Source: Callorhinchus milii
Taxonomy: Eukaryota
Direction: 5' to 3'
Assembly: GCF_018977255.1 (NCBI RefSeq)
Contig: NW_024705335.1
Coordinates: 1 to 53,553 of the forward strand
Length of the DNA: 53,553 bases
The first letter of the stretch is position 1, and each line of letters starts with the position of its first letter. Shown piece after piece: positions 51,624 through 53,553 of this stretch. The notes beneath the pieces were generated by a model. The model was not told where the DNA came from and did not search any database. It was given only the letters and a program-made list of their open reading frames with translations. Made by a program: the position numbers and the translations under genes.

Positions 51624-53553
51624 GGCGGGGGGTGGACGCTTGGACCGTTCGATGCATCACACCCTCCTCCCACCCGCGCCCCGCTCCCTCAAAATAACCA
51701 AGGTGCAGAATATTTTATCTGATACATTCTCAGAGGAGAATACATGTCCACGTGGGCCGCAGGGACGGACGCAACTGAAGGATACTTGCTTCTTCGCACA
51801 GATAAACACTGCAGTTAATTTGTTTGCCTTCCCAGGGGCTAAATAACAGAAATGTGTCTGAAATTACAGCGAATTTAGGCATTGGAGAGCCCGGGAGTAA
51901 ACTCGGATTATGCCGGGTGGCAGCACAGTGTTGGTCGTGGAAACTGCATGACCAACACTCCACAAGACATCCCAAAGCATTGCAATCGCCATTACCCTCC
52001 GAGTAAGTGCAATGCAGCGTTGTGCCAGCACACGTTCTGGTAAGCCTTAACTATTGATGGGATCTCCGTGAATGGGCAACAGTGATTAAGATGTCCTAAT
52101 CTTAATCACTTATTCATCAACAGCCTTCTCACAAAGGAAAATAAACACACGCAGCTAAAAGTTTGAGGCAGTCCTGACGAAAGCCAGCCTCTCCAACTGC
52201 TGGCTGAGCCTTTGAACTGAATTTCTGGCTCCAGCGAAAGAGCCAGCATCCTCTTAGGCAGACACTGCCATTACTCTTTAAATGAATTTGTCAGCATATT
52301 TATGCCTGCAAAGCTGCTTAAAAAATAGGAAAGGAAAAAAATATCACTATAATTTAAGCCATTAAATATTTTCCCCCATAAAATGTATGTGCACTTCAAA
52401 TAGAGTTTTGTTTTAAATACATTTTTTGTATGGACTTCAACCCAAAAAAGTAATTTATTAAGGGTTTTCCCTGTAGTGAAAGAGCTCCACTTTGTCAATG
52501 TTTGGATACTATAATGGTACTCATTTTAATTAATGTACCTGCCAAGAGGACATCATGAATACGAGTACGCTAGCAGAGAAGGCAGGCGGCAGATATAGGC
52601 AATTTAGTCATTCCCAGATTGATGTGCTGAAGTTAAGTATAGCTGCACATTTTCTTTATTCATCCTCGGAAGACCCACCGGCTAACACAGCAGGACGTAC
52701 AATGCTTCACCCAGTGTCGTTTTAATTCGCCTGCATTTTTTATAACTATTAAGGAATGCTGGCAGCCCCATGTAGAGATAGCATGAACCATTAATCGCTT
52801 ACTCTAAGAGTAAGGGCCTGCTAAAGCCCTACTGCCATTCTACACCACTTACTGAGCAGCTAATAATGATGCATTGATTAATCGATTATAATTTATTCTT
52901 GAGCTTGGAATGTATGCATCACATCAAAATATATTATTTCCGATTAATGCACAAAGTATGCAAGAATTACATTTAGGCTTGCGGTACAAACAATAATGTA
53001 ACAACCTCACAGAAATATGAGAAAATGCAAGCGGTATGGTGAAAAACAGACAAAAAATCCATTCTGGAATGGAATTGCGACCAGAGATTGTGAAGCTAAA
53101 TCCTGACAATTCACCAAACATACCGCACCTTATGAAGCTCCACATTGGGCCGGAATGCTACAAAACATTTTCAGTATTCACTTGAAAGGCCTGAACAAAA
53201 ATATTTTCCACCCAATCGTCTTCAGCAATGGAAGCTCCTGAAAGGTCGCGTGATGGCCATGTGCCCGGATTAATTAAGACTCGTTAAAACAGAACTAGCA
53301 AACTGGTGGCATGGCATCGTTGAGATGGGTCCTGGTGAACGGAACGGAATCGGGCCCTAGGTTGTCCAAATTTCCCCCCTCCCCCATTCGTAGCCAGGTA
53401 CCTCTGTCCTGTAGGCCCTGGTGCAGTTGCACCGCCTGGTGTGAGTGCCCGGTCATACAACTCTCCATCAATTTCCACCCCCCGCCCCCTTGCCCCCTCC
53501 CACCTCCCCAATCATGACAGTGAGGAGAACCAAAATCTCAAAATAGCATCAGT

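Overview
Eukaryotic genomic DNA, probably vertebrate. GC3-rich exons, retained CpG and the repeat families suggest a lamprey-like genome, but this is inference. There are three zones. (1) 1-~18.9 kb is repeat-rich and contains the last three coding exons of a KAZALD1-like (IGFBP-rP10 family) gene on + (10925-11085, 12319-12466, 13950-14035). It also holds four fold-back, TSD-flanked insertions of a Penelope-like-element (PLE) terminal repeat carrying minimal hammerhead ribozyme motifs, a second PLE/hammerhead family, a 5S-rRNA-derived SINE with an RTE-LINE tail, RTE and Vingi/Ingi-like LINE remnants, V-SINE fragments, and hAT and Chapaev3-like non-autonomous transposons. (2) After a 30-N gap, ~19.07-~47.95 kb is featureless: no ORF above 126 aa, no recognisable repeats or microsatellites, and abundant TA/CTAG/CG. 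It reads like shuffled or synthetic sequence and I call no genes in it. (3) ~48-53.5 kb is natural-looking, repeat-poor non-coding DNA with Pbx-Hox-type motifs (possible enhancers). The best-supported biological highlights are the hammerhead-bearing palindromic PLE insertions and the 5S/RTE SINE.
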